The notes below the pieces were generated by a model. The model was not told the DNA's origin and did no database searches. It was given only the letters and a program-made list of their open reading frames with translations. From the NCBI GenBank assembly GCA_017410245.1, contig JAFQRE010000042.1, forward strand, positions 136,536 to 200,535: a stretch of DNA of 64,000 nt. Reading direction: 5' to 3'. The position numbers were made by a program, and so were the translations under genes. Shown here piece after piece: positions 8,428 through 16,417 of the stretch. How positions within the stretch are numbered: position 1 is the stretch's first letter; each line of letters opens with the position of its first letter. Source of the DNA: Bacteroidaceae bacterium. Its GTDB lineage: Bacteria > Bacteroidota > Bacteroidia > Bacteroidales > Barnesiellaceae_A.

Positions 8428-8721
8428 ATGGCTTGGAATAGTTTAACAGATAGACAAAAGTCGTTAGACCGTGCTATTGAGCAGTGTGGTGTCAAGTTGG
8501 ATAATTCAGATGCCTGCCTTCGTAGGGTTATGTCTGCAATTGGTGCATCTGTATCAGAAGCTGCTTTCGTTAAGCAACGCATTGAGTTACGACTAAGAAC
8601 TGCTGCGCTACTTGATAAGACCGATGCATTTATTTCAAATACGGAGCAAATGCTTGACCGATTTGAAAAGGACGATGAAGAGTGGCGCAAACGTGCTAAA
8701 AAGCTAGGTATAAATCTTTAA
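8428..8721 (+). CDS. hypothetical protein (97 aa, helical)
   Basis: The track ORF begins at a TTG (8356). The first ATG, at 8428, gives MAWNSLTDRQKSLDRAIEQ.... No family recognised. Confidence 0.4.
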   Translation: MAWNSLTDRQKSLDRAIEQCGVKLDNSDACLRRVMSAIGASVSEAAFVKQRIELRLRTAALLDKTDAFISNTEQMLDRFEKDDEEWRKRAKKLGINL

Positions 8722-8734
8722 AAACAAAATAATT

Positions 8735-8938
8735 ATGGGTATTTTCGTAAATGACAGAGCTTGGAATCTTAAGCAGGCCAAAGATAGAAAAGAACATGGC
8801 GATTGGCATGTTAGAAAGGCTAATGAAGCGTTGAGAAGAGGTGATACTTCGGCTTATAATGACCATATGTACCGTTCAAAAATTTACTATAATGAAGCTG
8901 ATGCATATATGGCTTCTGCTAGAAAATCTACCAAATAA
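8735..8938 (+). CDS. hypothetical protein (67 aa)
   Basis: Track ORF, charged and helical, co-directional with its neighbours. Confidence 0.4.
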   Translation: MGIFVNDRAWNLKQAKDRKEHGDWHVRKANEALRRGDTSAYNDHMYRSKIYYNEADAYMASARKSTK

Positions 8939-9004
8939 TGAGTTTTATATGGCAGTTTTGAGAGGAGTGTTTAAGTTTTCTCATCTATAAGACTATATGC
9001 TACT

Positions 9005-10063
9005 ATGACTAAAGACGCGATTGATCAAATATTCGACCGAGCCCGCCACGGAGATGTCTTTGCCCAAACACTTATGGGGCAAATACTCTGCGAGGGCAAG
9101 TATGTGCAGCAAGATAGGCAGAACGGCATAGGCTGGCTTAGAGATGCAGCGCAGTGTAATTGCTTATACGCAAAGGAACTCATCAATGAGTATTTGAGTG
9201 GGCAAGTAAATGCACCTCATGGCACAACTCATGAACAAAGACCAAACTCAACTGAGGACAATACTGATGTGGATAATCTTGCAGAACTGAAATCGCTGAT
9301 TGGTCTTGAGCGTGTAAAACAAGATGTCGATTCGTTGCGTAACCTTATCAAGATTCAGGCCATGCGTAAGCAACAAGGCTTGCCCAATACTTCGGTATCG
9401 TACCACTGTGTTTTCTCGGGCAACCCCGGTACGGGTAAGACTACGGTTGCTCGCATCGTAGCCGGTATTTATAAAGAGCTTGGCATCTTGAAGAAGGGGC
9501 ACCTTGTAGAAGTAGATCGTTCGAAACTTGTTGGCGAATATGTAGGTCAAACAGCCCCTAAGACCAATAAGGTGATAGATGAGGCTCTCGATGGCGTGCT
9601 ATTTATCGATGAGGCATACACTCTCGTTGGCGAAGGAAGCGATTATGGTGCTGAGGCTATAGCTACTCTGCTCAAACGTATGGAGGACGATCGTGATCGT
9701 TTGGTTGTCATACTTGCCGGTTATACGAATGAGATAAAGGAGTTTATTGACTCCAATCCCGGGTTGCAATCTCGCTTCAATCGTTACATACAGTTTGATG
9801 ACTATTCGGCCGAGGAATTGACCGAGATTTTCAAACGCAACTTGCGCAAGTCGAGATACAAGATTAAGCGTGATGCCTTCGAGGAGTTGCAAAGTGTCAT
9901 TGAGCGTGCTGTCGCCTCACGCGACAAGAACTTCGGTAATGCACGATATGTACGCAACCTTTTTGAGAAGGTTGTTCAGAATCAGGCAAACCGCTTGGCC
10001 AGAATGGCTAGTATTGATAACGATGAGTTGAGTATAATTACTCGCGAAGATATTAACTTCTAA
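9005..10063 (+). CDS. Sel1-repeat + SpoVK/CbbX/EccA-type AAA+ ATPase
   Basis: 352 aa. The N-terminus is Sel1-like (GDVFAQTLMGQILCEGKYVQQDRQNGIGWLRDAAQ). Walker A is GNPGTGKTTVARI and Walker B is GVLFIDEAY. The segments LVGEYVGQTAPKT and RLVVILAGY are typical of the CbbX/SpoVK clade. Confidence 0.85.
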   Translation: MTKDAIDQIFDRARHGDVFAQTLMGQILCEGKYVQQDRQNGIGWLRDAAQCNCLYAKELINEYLSGQVNAPHGTTHEQRPNSTEDNTDVDNLAELKSLIGLERVKQDVDSLRNLIKIQAMRKQQGLPNTSVSYHCVFSGNPGTGKTTVARIVAGIYKELGILKKGHLVEVDRSKLVGEYVGQTAPKTNKVIDEALDGVLFIDEAYTLVGEGSDYGAEAIATLLKRMEDDRDRLVVILAGYTNEIKEFIDSNPGLQSRFNRYIQFDDYSAEELTEIFKRNLRKSRYKIKRDAFEELQSVIERAVASRDKNFGNARYVRNLFEKVVQNQANRLARMASIDNDELSIITREDINF

Positions 10064-10074
10064 CCCAGACGAAT

Positions 10075-10602
10075 ATGGACGAACTAAACAATCTTTTCGG
10101 CGGAGCCGAGCAGTTGTGGCAATATATCAAGATATATGCTGCCAAAGCCGGTCGTGAGGCTACGCGCGTAGTGTTGGAATTGTACTATGTGGTCAAATCA
10201 CCGCATACACCGGCATTGGATAAGACTCTTATCATCGCTGCGCTCGGATATCAACTTCTTCCTAATGACTTAATGAGTCGAGAAAAATATGGTTGGTTGG
10301 GTATCCTTGATAATGGAGCTGCCTTGGCATTAGCATATAATAGAGTTAAAACCCGTGTTACGCCACAAATTGAGGCGCAAGTAGATGCAATACTTGACCA
10401 GTGGTTTGGCTCGGACATACAACAGACTCAAGCTCCCATAGAGCAACCTCAAATAAATAATGACAGTAATAATGGAGGAAACAACTATTGGGAACCACAG
10501 GCCTCAACATTACCCTCTACACTCGATTCCCCTATTAATTCAAATCGTCCTAATACTCCACTGGGAGGTTATAGTGATGATGAAGATGTTGTGATTGATT
10601 GA
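10075..10602 (+). CDS. DUF1232 (YkvA)-like protein with Gln/Asn/Pro-rich tail
   Basis: 175 aa. IIAALGYQLLPNDLMSREKYGWLGILDNGAALALAY resembles the DUF1232 core (Y..sP.DliPD..p.lG.lDD). The C-terminal 60 aa are low complexity. Confidence 0.5.
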   Translation: MDELNNLFGGAEQLWQYIKIYAAKAGREATRVVLELYYVVKSPHTPALDKTLIIAALGYQLLPNDLMSREKYGWLGILDNGAALALAYNRVKTRVTPQIEAQVDAILDQWFGSDIQQTQAPIEQPQINNDSNNGGNNYWEPQASTLPSTLDSPINSNRPNTPLGGYSDDEDVVID

Positions 10603-10666
10603 TGAAGAGTGCAAGGCTTACTGAAATTCTATAATATATAACTATGGTATATAAATTATAAGTATT

Positions 10667-10828
10667 ATGAATCACTATTGTATTATAATTAAAGAAAAAG
10701 ACAGAGAAAAAGAGTGGGTTTGTCACTTGTTTAGAGAGGAGGAATTATCTGAAGAGGATATAATAAGAATTTATGGACTCAAAGATGGAAGTGTTGAATG
10801 GTATTGTATTAATAAAATGAAGGATTAA
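10667..10828 (+). CDS. possible 53-aa ORF
   Basis: Hand-translated: MNHYCIIIKEKDREKEWVCHLFREEELSEEDIIRIYGLKDGSVEWYCINKMKD. It fills an otherwise empty 300-nt gap. No other support. Confidence 0.2.
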   Translation: MNHYCIIIKEKDREKEWVCHLFREEELSEEDIIRIYGLKDGSVEWYCINKMKD

Positions 10829-10906
10829 TACAATATCCTCCTAATACTAATTGAGTGAAACTTTTAGTTCTATGTATAATAATGATATATTGGCAATTAT
10901 AACAAT

Positions 10907-11563
10907 ATGTTTAACAAATTCAGGTGTTGGTTATTCAATCATACTTCTATGAATGAGTTCCTGAAGATGAGTCAACGCTTCAAGAAGTTTGGCTTGTCGC
11001 CCAATGATGTGGAGGACGCTATTAAATCGGCGTGCGATTTCTTTCATATCCCCATGCCTTGTATGATTCAAGACCTGACCAATGTAAAGAATGGGCAGAC
11101 TATGTTTGTAAACTACAATAGAGGTAGTTATGATGATGATGTGTTGTGCTTCAATATGCAACAATTGGTCGATATGAAGGTTGATAGCAAAGAGGCATTC
11201 AGCCTTGTCATGACTCACGAGTGTGCTCATCGTGTATTGCAAAACACACAGTTCCCGGGAGTGAATAATGGCATATGGGAACATGAACTTGCAGCCGACT
11301 TTTTGATGGGCTGTCGTGCCGGACTATGGAATATGGACGAGTCTAAACTTGCAGTGGGGCTAATCCTAACCAATGGAAGCCCCACACACCCCGAAGGTAC
11401 AATAAGGGCTCTTTTTATTCGTCATGGCAAGTATAAGGCGATAGAAATGCGAAATAAATCCATACCATTGACTATTCCCAATTTGCTTAATGAATTTATG
11501 AAGTACCGACAAGAGAACTTAGAACTTATACATCAGTATCAACGAAAGTTTTATAGATTTTAA
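10907..11563 (+). CDS. putative Zn-metallopeptidase (HExxH)
   Basis: 218 aa. LVMTHECAHRVLQN is followed by EHELAADFLMG. The start codon is uncertain, with alternative Met at residues 15 and 21. Confidence 0.5.
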   Translation: MFNKFRCWLFNHTSMNEFLKMSQRFKKFGLSPNDVEDAIKSACDFFHIPMPCMIQDLTNVKNGQTMFVNYNRGSYDDDVLCFNMQQLVDMKVDSKEAFSLVMTHECAHRVLQNTQFPGVNNGIWEHELAADFLMGCRAGLWNMDESKLAVGLILTNGSPTHPEGTIRALFIRHGKYKAIEMRNKSIPLTIPNLLNEFMKYRQENLELIHQYQRKFYRF

Positions 11564-11722
11564 GAAATGGACAGAATAGACATATAGCCATAGTTTTCTC
11601 CCATTATATTCTCATATAAATAAAAATCGGCTATATTTTTATCTGTAAAAGATATTTTTAGCTCGGGTTACTACTCTATACGATAAAAGAGTTGGTAATC
11701 CGAGCTAAAAGTTTATAAAGAC

Positions 11723-13507
11723 ATGAATGCAACATTGAGCATAGGACAAAAGGTTGGAGATTTCTGCGTTGAGGAGTTTGTCAAGACTTCTTCTGATAAT
11801 CGTGGGGAGAGTTACTTCGTAAGTGACAAAGATGGACGTAAGGCGTTGATGAAGTTGTATGCTGCCGACGCCGAAAGTCACACGCTTGAGTGTGAGGTAA
11901 ATACTGTGTTGTCAATAAACTCTGCATTTGTGCCTATGGTTGCAGTCGGAGATATTGAGCATAATGGTGTTGCTTTTCGCTATATTGTTCGCGAGTATGT
12001 CGAAGGTGAACGCTTGTCGGAGATTGTTAAAGCCGGTCGTCTGTATTCGTGGGAGGAGGCTATGCCTATTATCCTGCAAGTATTGAATGCATTGAAGCAT
12101 CTTCACTCGCTAGATAAGGCGATTATTCACAATGATATTACGGCTCGTAACATTCTTATCAATGAAGAAAGGAAACAAGTCTATATCATCGGTATGGGGC
12201 ATATGTCACATCAATGCAATGGTAGGGCAACTTTTTGTACTAAAGACCTGAACAATTGGTATCGTGCTCCTGAGACCTTCAAAGGTATCTACGGTGTGAA
12301 GTCCGACATCTTCTCTGTTGGAGCTTTGTTGTATACGATGCTTGTAGGCTTCGAGCCATGGGGTGTGATTGCTGATGTATATGGCCCCGATGTGGATAAA
12401 AGTATGTTGAAACGTCTTCGCTCTATTGGTGATGAAATCATAGATGATATTCAAATTACCGATGAGCAGAAAGTGATTTTGGGTAAGATGATTGCTCTTG
12501 ATTACGATAAGCGCTATAGCTGTGTCGATGATGTCGTAAAAGGCATAATACATGGTGTTTCAAAAAAGGATCTTCAAGAGTCACCTTGGTATAGAGTGGT
12601 CAATGAAGAAGCCGATGAGGAGGCCGATGTAGAGCTTGACATAGAAGAAGATGTTGACACAGATGCAACAACAAACGGTGTAAACGGAGGCTTTGCCGAT
12701 GTAGCAGGCATGGCCGATGTGAAAAGTATGCTATATAAAGAAGTGATGTTTGTGATGCAAAATAAAGAGAAGGCCCGTAAATACCGCTTGAAAGCACCCA
12801 ATGGTGTGCTCTTCTATGGCCCTCCGGGGTGTGGTAAGACTTTCATTGCCGAAAAGTTTGCCGAGGAGTCGCATCTTAACTTTATGATGGTTAAGGCTTC
12901 TGATTTGGGTAGTATATATATTCATGGTTCTCAAGGTAAGATTGCAGAACTTTTCGATGAGGCGACTAAGAAAGCTCCAACTGTCATTTGCTTTGACGAA
13001 CTTGATGGAATGGTGCCCGATCGTACATCTATTCAGAACGAAGGTTTATCGGGAGAGGTCAATGAGTTTTTGAGTCAGCTTAATAACTGCTCGGATCGTG
13101 GCATCTTTGTGATAGGTACTTCAAATCGTCCGGAGAAGATAGATCCGGCAATACTCCGTACCGGTCGTATGGATAAGATGGTTTATATCCCTATGCCTGA
13201 TGCTGAGGCCCGCAAAGAACTCTTTAAGATTTACCTTGATGACAGATACTGTGACGAAAGTATCGATCTTGATGAGCTTGCTCAGAAAAGCGAAGGGTAT
13301 GTTGCTAGTGACATAAGTTTTATGGCAAACGAGAGTGCGCTGGAGGCGGCAATGGCTGATGTGCCTATAACTCAAGATTTGGTTCTTGGAGTGATGCGCA
13401 AAGCTCGCCGTTCGGTAACGCAAAATGACGCTGCCGACTATGAACGTATGCGTAAGAAATTTGAGCAGCAAAGCTATAGCCATGAACGCCACAGAATTGG
13501 ATATTAA
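11723..13507 (+). CDS. protein-kinase-like domain fused to classical AAA ATPase (copy 1)
   Basis: 594 aa. N-half is a eukaryotic-like kinase fold: ALMKLY, IIHNDITARNILI, YRAPE, SDIFSVGALLYTML. The DFG position reads IIGMGH. An acidic linker follows (EEADEEADVELDIEEDVDTD). C-half is a classical AAA module: Walker A GPPGCGKT, Walker B VICFDELD, sensor-1 GTSNRP, SRH/Arg finger PAILRTGRMD. Confidence 0.85.
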   Translation: MNATLSIGQKVGDFCVEEFVKTSSDNRGESYFVSDKDGRKALMKLYAADAESHTLECEVNTVLSINSAFVPMVAVGDIEHNGVAFRYIVREYVEGERLSEIVKAGRLYSWEEAMPIILQVLNALKHLHSLDKAIIHNDITARNILINEERKQVYIIGMGHMSHQCNGRATFCTKDLNNWYRAPETFKGIYGVKSDIFSVGALLYTMLVGFEPWGVIADVYGPDVDKSMLKRLRSIGDEIIDDIQITDEQKVILGKMIALDYDKRYSCVDDVVKGIIHGVSKKDLQESPWYRVVNEEADEEADVELDIEEDVDTDATTNGVNGGFADVAGMADVKSMLYKEVMFVMQNKEKARKYRLKAPNGVLFYGPPGCGKTFIAEKFAEESHLNFMMVKASDLGSIYIHGSQGKIAELFDEATKKAPTVICFDELDGMVPDRTSIQNEGLSGEVNEFLSQLNNCSDRGIFVIGTSNRPEKIDPAILRTGRMDKMVYIPMPDAEARKELFKIYLDDRYCDESIDLDELAQKSEGYVASDISFMANESALEAAMADVPITQDLVLGVMRKARRSVTQNDAADYERMRKKFEQQSYSHERHRIGY

Positions 13508-13536
13508 TATATTGTATAACTTAAATACGTGAAGAC

Positions 13537-13917
13537 ATGAAAATGATTGACAAAGTAATGAATGAGTTGCAGAAACAAGGTTTTCTGCCCCAACGTGAAG
13601 ACTTCGGTATTGCTTTCAAGTACCAAATGGCCGGTTACCTCTTTTTGGCCGATAAGACTGACGATGACTACTTCAGTCTTTATATCCCGTACTTCTTTGA
13701 GGTAGATGAGGAGAATAAAGCAGATGTGCTTGAGGCCATGAATGCTATCAATAATGACGTGAAAGTGGTAAAACTTGTGATTAATGATGGTTATGTATGG
13801 GCTTGTTTTGAAGAAAAGTTACCGGAAAATGCCAATATAGAGGACATTTTATTTTATTCTATTGTAACTTTGTACCTTTCTCGTCAGCAATTTTACGAGA
13901 AGTTGAAAGAGGTATAA
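13537..13917 (+). CDS. hypothetical protein (126 aa; faint YbjN/chaperone-like resemblance)
   Basis: Track ORF 30 nt downstream of the kinase-AAA gene. A hairpin plus T-run follows at 13955-13992. The family assignment is not secure. Confidence 0.45.
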   Translation: MKMIDKVMNELQKQGFLPQREDFGIAFKYQMAGYLFLADKTDDDYFSLYIPYFFEVDEENKADVLEAMNAINNDVKVVKLVINDGYVWACFEEKLPENANIEDILFYSIVTLYLSRQQFYEKLKEV

Positions 13918-13954
13918 CAACGATATATGTGTGTGCCTAAGGTCGGATTTCCCG

Positions 13955-13992
13955 GCTCTACCGTGTGGGTATATCTTGCAGTAGAGCTTTTT
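13955..13992 (+). terminator. possible terminator after ORF 13537-13917
   Basis: GCTCTAC (13955-13961) pairs with GTAGAGC (13981-13987), followed by T5. The loop is long (19 nt). Confidence 0.4.
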
Positions 13993-14080
13993 AAGATGAC
14001 GCCGTCTTATTTTATTATATCCCAAGTGGTGCGAGTGCCACTTGGGGGCAACTGAAAAGCAATATTAAAACATTAATAGT

Positions 14081-14482
14081 ATGAATGCAATAATTAGTTA
14101 CCATGAGATTTCGGATTTTGTAGAGAGGGAGTTTAAGGTACGTCCCAATTTTACTACTGTGGATAAAAAGACTATTGAGGTTAGTTACAAACCCAATATG
14201 TTTATGCCGGCTATAGCTGTCAAGTTTCATATTGAGGCGATGCGTCGTGATGTCATCTGTATGACATATGATTGTAGTGCTCCTACCTCTATGATGATTG
14301 CCGGTGTTGTTGCTTTTCTTGAGGAGAAGATTCCGAGTGGTATTGATGTGAACACTACCGACAAGCGTGTCAATATCTATGTGCAACGATTGAATCAATT
14401 GGAGAAGGTGCTTGAGTATGTGACATTGTCTGATATCTCTTTTGAAGACAATTCGGTCAATATTGCTCTTTCAATAGTGTAG
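14081..14482 (+). CDS. hypothetical protein (133 aa)
   Basis: Track ORF; no motif recognised. The overlapping minus-strand ORF 14015-14398 was judged spurious. Confidence 0.45.
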   Translation: MNAIISYHEISDFVEREFKVRPNFTTVDKKTIEVSYKPNMFMPAIAVKFHIEAMRRDVICMTYDCSAPTSMMIAGVVAFLEEKIPSGIDVNTTDKRVNIYVQRLNQLEKVLEYVTLSDISFEDNSVNIALSIV

Positions 14483-14560
14483 TTATCGAACTTTCAAGGC
14501 TCTGTGACTATCCTTGGAGTGTATCGGTAAGTCGTGTGTTTCATTATAAGTTTTAGTTTT

Positions 14561-15106
14561 ATGGGAATTTTAAATAAGTTATGTAAATCAATTAAGAATT
14601 GTGTGATAAGATTATTTGATAGGTCGTCGGTTAGCGAAGTAAACGAGCGAGAAACAAACTCATCAAAGCAAACGACTGAACCTACAGAATTGTCAAATGT
14701 TTTTAATGACACCCAAGACTCCATTGGTTATGTGGATTTAGGACTTCCAAGTGGTACCCTGTGGGCCGATAGTGATGTATTGGAAGAGAATATATCTGAC
14801 GATTGTTCCCTTCCTACCTATGAGCAGGCTACAGAACTGATCGAATACTGCCAATTTGAGATAATAACTATGCCTCAGGAAAACAGGGAAAGTATCAAAT
14901 ACAGTAGGGTAATAGGCCCTAATGGCAAATTCATCAGTTTCCGGTTGAATGAATATGAAGAGTATCCATTTCCTACGGTAGCTCGTTGGTGCAAAGGTGG
15001 ACCAAGACAGGGATTGCAGTATGTTCTTCTGATAAGTGAAGCAACTATTACTATTGGCGTTGCTTCAAACAAAGCTCTTTATCCATCTCGTATGGTAAGA
15101 ATCTGA
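14561..15106 (+). CDS. hypothetical protein (181 aa)
   Basis: The track ORF starts at a GTG (14534); the first ATG is at 14561 (MGILNKLCK...). It contains the VDLGLPSGTLWA segment that recurs in small Bacteroidales proteins. Confidence 0.4.
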   Translation: MGILNKLCKSIKNCVIRLFDRSSVSEVNERETNSSKQTTEPTELSNVFNDTQDSIGYVDLGLPSGTLWADSDVLEENISDDCSLPTYEQATELIEYCQFEIITMPQENRESIKYSRVIGPNGKFISFRLNEYEEYPFPTVARWCKGGPRQGLQYVLLISEATITIGVASNKALYPSRMVRI

Positions 15107-15267
15107 TAAATGCAAGGTATTGTTTATGGGGTGACAATGAATACTATAAATGAACACCTATCGTTGGCAAAGGGCATATAGTATGTCAATGTGGTTTATC
15201 TATAGTTTGATGGATTGTTTCTTTATGGTAATTGTTGTTATGTGTGTTAATGCTGTTTAATTTTCTT

Positions 15268-15294
15268 GGGTGTTATATGGTTGCTATAACACCC
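15268..15294 (-). terminator. hairpin overlapping the lrgB stop codon
   Basis: GGGTGTTATA (15268-15277) pairs with TATAACACCC (15285-15294) around a 7-nt loop. There is no clear U-run on either strand. Confidence 0.3.
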
Positions 15295-15973
15295 AATTGG
15301 TTAGTACCGATAATAGCGAAATGGCTATGCCTGTCAGCCCGATGGCGAGGCCGCTTACTGCTCCTTCAAGGGCACCAAGCTCGATGGCTCGAGAGGTGCC
15401 TATACCATGCGATGCCGACCCCAATGCAAGTCCTCGTGCTATGGGGTTGGTAATACCACATTTGTCGAGTACCCATGGGCCTATGAGGCTTCCGATAATA
15501 CCGGTAAGAAATACTACAATGGCAGTGATGGCAGGTAGTCCGCCCAATTGTTCCGATAGGGGTAGGGCGATGGGCATAGTGGCCGATTTGGGTTGGAGCG
15601 AAGCTATAAGTTTTGCATCGAGGCCAAAGAGGTGCCCCAATAGTATTACACTTGCGATGCCTATAAATGCACCTGTGATGGTGGCAATAAAAATGGTTAT
15701 TTCGCGGCCACGCAAATGTTCTATCTGTTCGTATAACAAGTATCCCAATGCTACAACCGTTGGTCCCAATAGAAAGTCGAGAAAAGCTGTGCCGGCTTGA
15801 AAAGTGGGGTAGTCTATGCCGAGAAGAAGCAAGGCTACCAACGTGAGTAGCATGCCTACAGCAACCGGGTGTAGCCAAGCCGAATGCAATCGACGGTATA
15901 ATAGGGTGCCTATATAGTAACTGCCAATAACAAGCAGTAACATAGCCGGCGTTGATTGTATTATGTTGTTCAT
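15284..15973 (-). CDS. lrgB: LrgB/CidB-family membrane protein
   Basis: 229 aa, polytopic. Its position immediately downstream of an LrgA-like gene (3-nt gap) is typical of the lrgAB arrangement. Confidence 0.8.
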   Translation of the reverse strand: MNNIIQSTPAMLLLVIGSYYIGTLLYRRLHSAWLHPVAVGMLLTLVALLLLGIDYPTFQAGTAFLDFLLGPTVVALGYLLYEQIEHLRGREITIFIATITGAFIGIASVILLGHLFGLDAKLIASLQPKSATMPIALPLSEQLGGLPAITAIVVFLTGIIGSLIGPWVLDKCGITNPIARGLALGSASHGIGTSRAIELGALEGAVSGLAIGLTGIAISLLSVLTNWVL

Positions 15974-15975
15974 TA

Positions 15976-16338
15976 TTAATTATTTGTGTCTTTCTTATTG
16001 AAGTGTTTGTCGAGATATTGTGTAATCCAGCCGGTTGTAATCAACACAAGCAGCGTACATACGATTGTAATGGTCATGATACCTACCCAATTTTGCGCTA
16101 TCAGGTCGTATTGTGCCATGATACCCACACCGGCAGGCACGAAAAGCACAGCCATATTTTGGGTGAGTGCTCGAGCTACACTTCGTACACTCTCTGGCTT
16201 AACAATACGCAAGCACAGGGCAACAAAAAGTAGTATCATACCGCACACGCTACCTGGTATAATGCCTCCAATAAGGTAGCTTATGAGGTTGCCTAACATG
16301 TAGAAGGCTAATATTATAAAAACTCCTTTAAGTATCAT
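15976..16338 (-). CDS. lrgA: CidA/LrgA-family holin-like protein
   Basis: 120 aa with 4 predicted TM helices, paired with lrgB. Confidence 0.8.
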   Translation of the reverse strand: MILKGVFIILAFYMLGNLISYLIGGIIPGSVCGMILLFVALCLRIVKPESVRSVARALTQNMAVLFVPAGVGIMAQYDLIAQNWVGIMTITIVCTLLVLITTGWITQYLDKHFNKKDTNN

Positions 16339-16417
16339 TTCTTAATTATTTGTATATCAGTTTTTAATATATCTTCACTATGTTGTGCGAATGGTTGTTT
16401 ATTGGCGTTGTTTTGCA

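Noticed and set aside
12595-12670. Apparent repetition in the acidic linker of kinase-like-AAA copy 1 (GAAGCCGATGAGGAGGCCGATG...)
   Set aside because: It reflects low-complexity Glu/Asp/Ala coding, not a true tandem DNA repeat.
14021-14046. 9-bp hairpin CCCAAGTGG / CCACTTGGG upstream of ORF 14081
   Set aside because: There is no flanking U-run on either strand and no repeat elsewhere in the window. The evidence is insufficient to call a regulator site or terminator.
15270-15878. 176-aa plus-strand and 170-aa minus-strand ORFs overlapping lrgB
   Set aside because: These are alternative frames of a polytopic membrane protein gene. They are Pro/Arg/His-rich, nonsense-like sequences.
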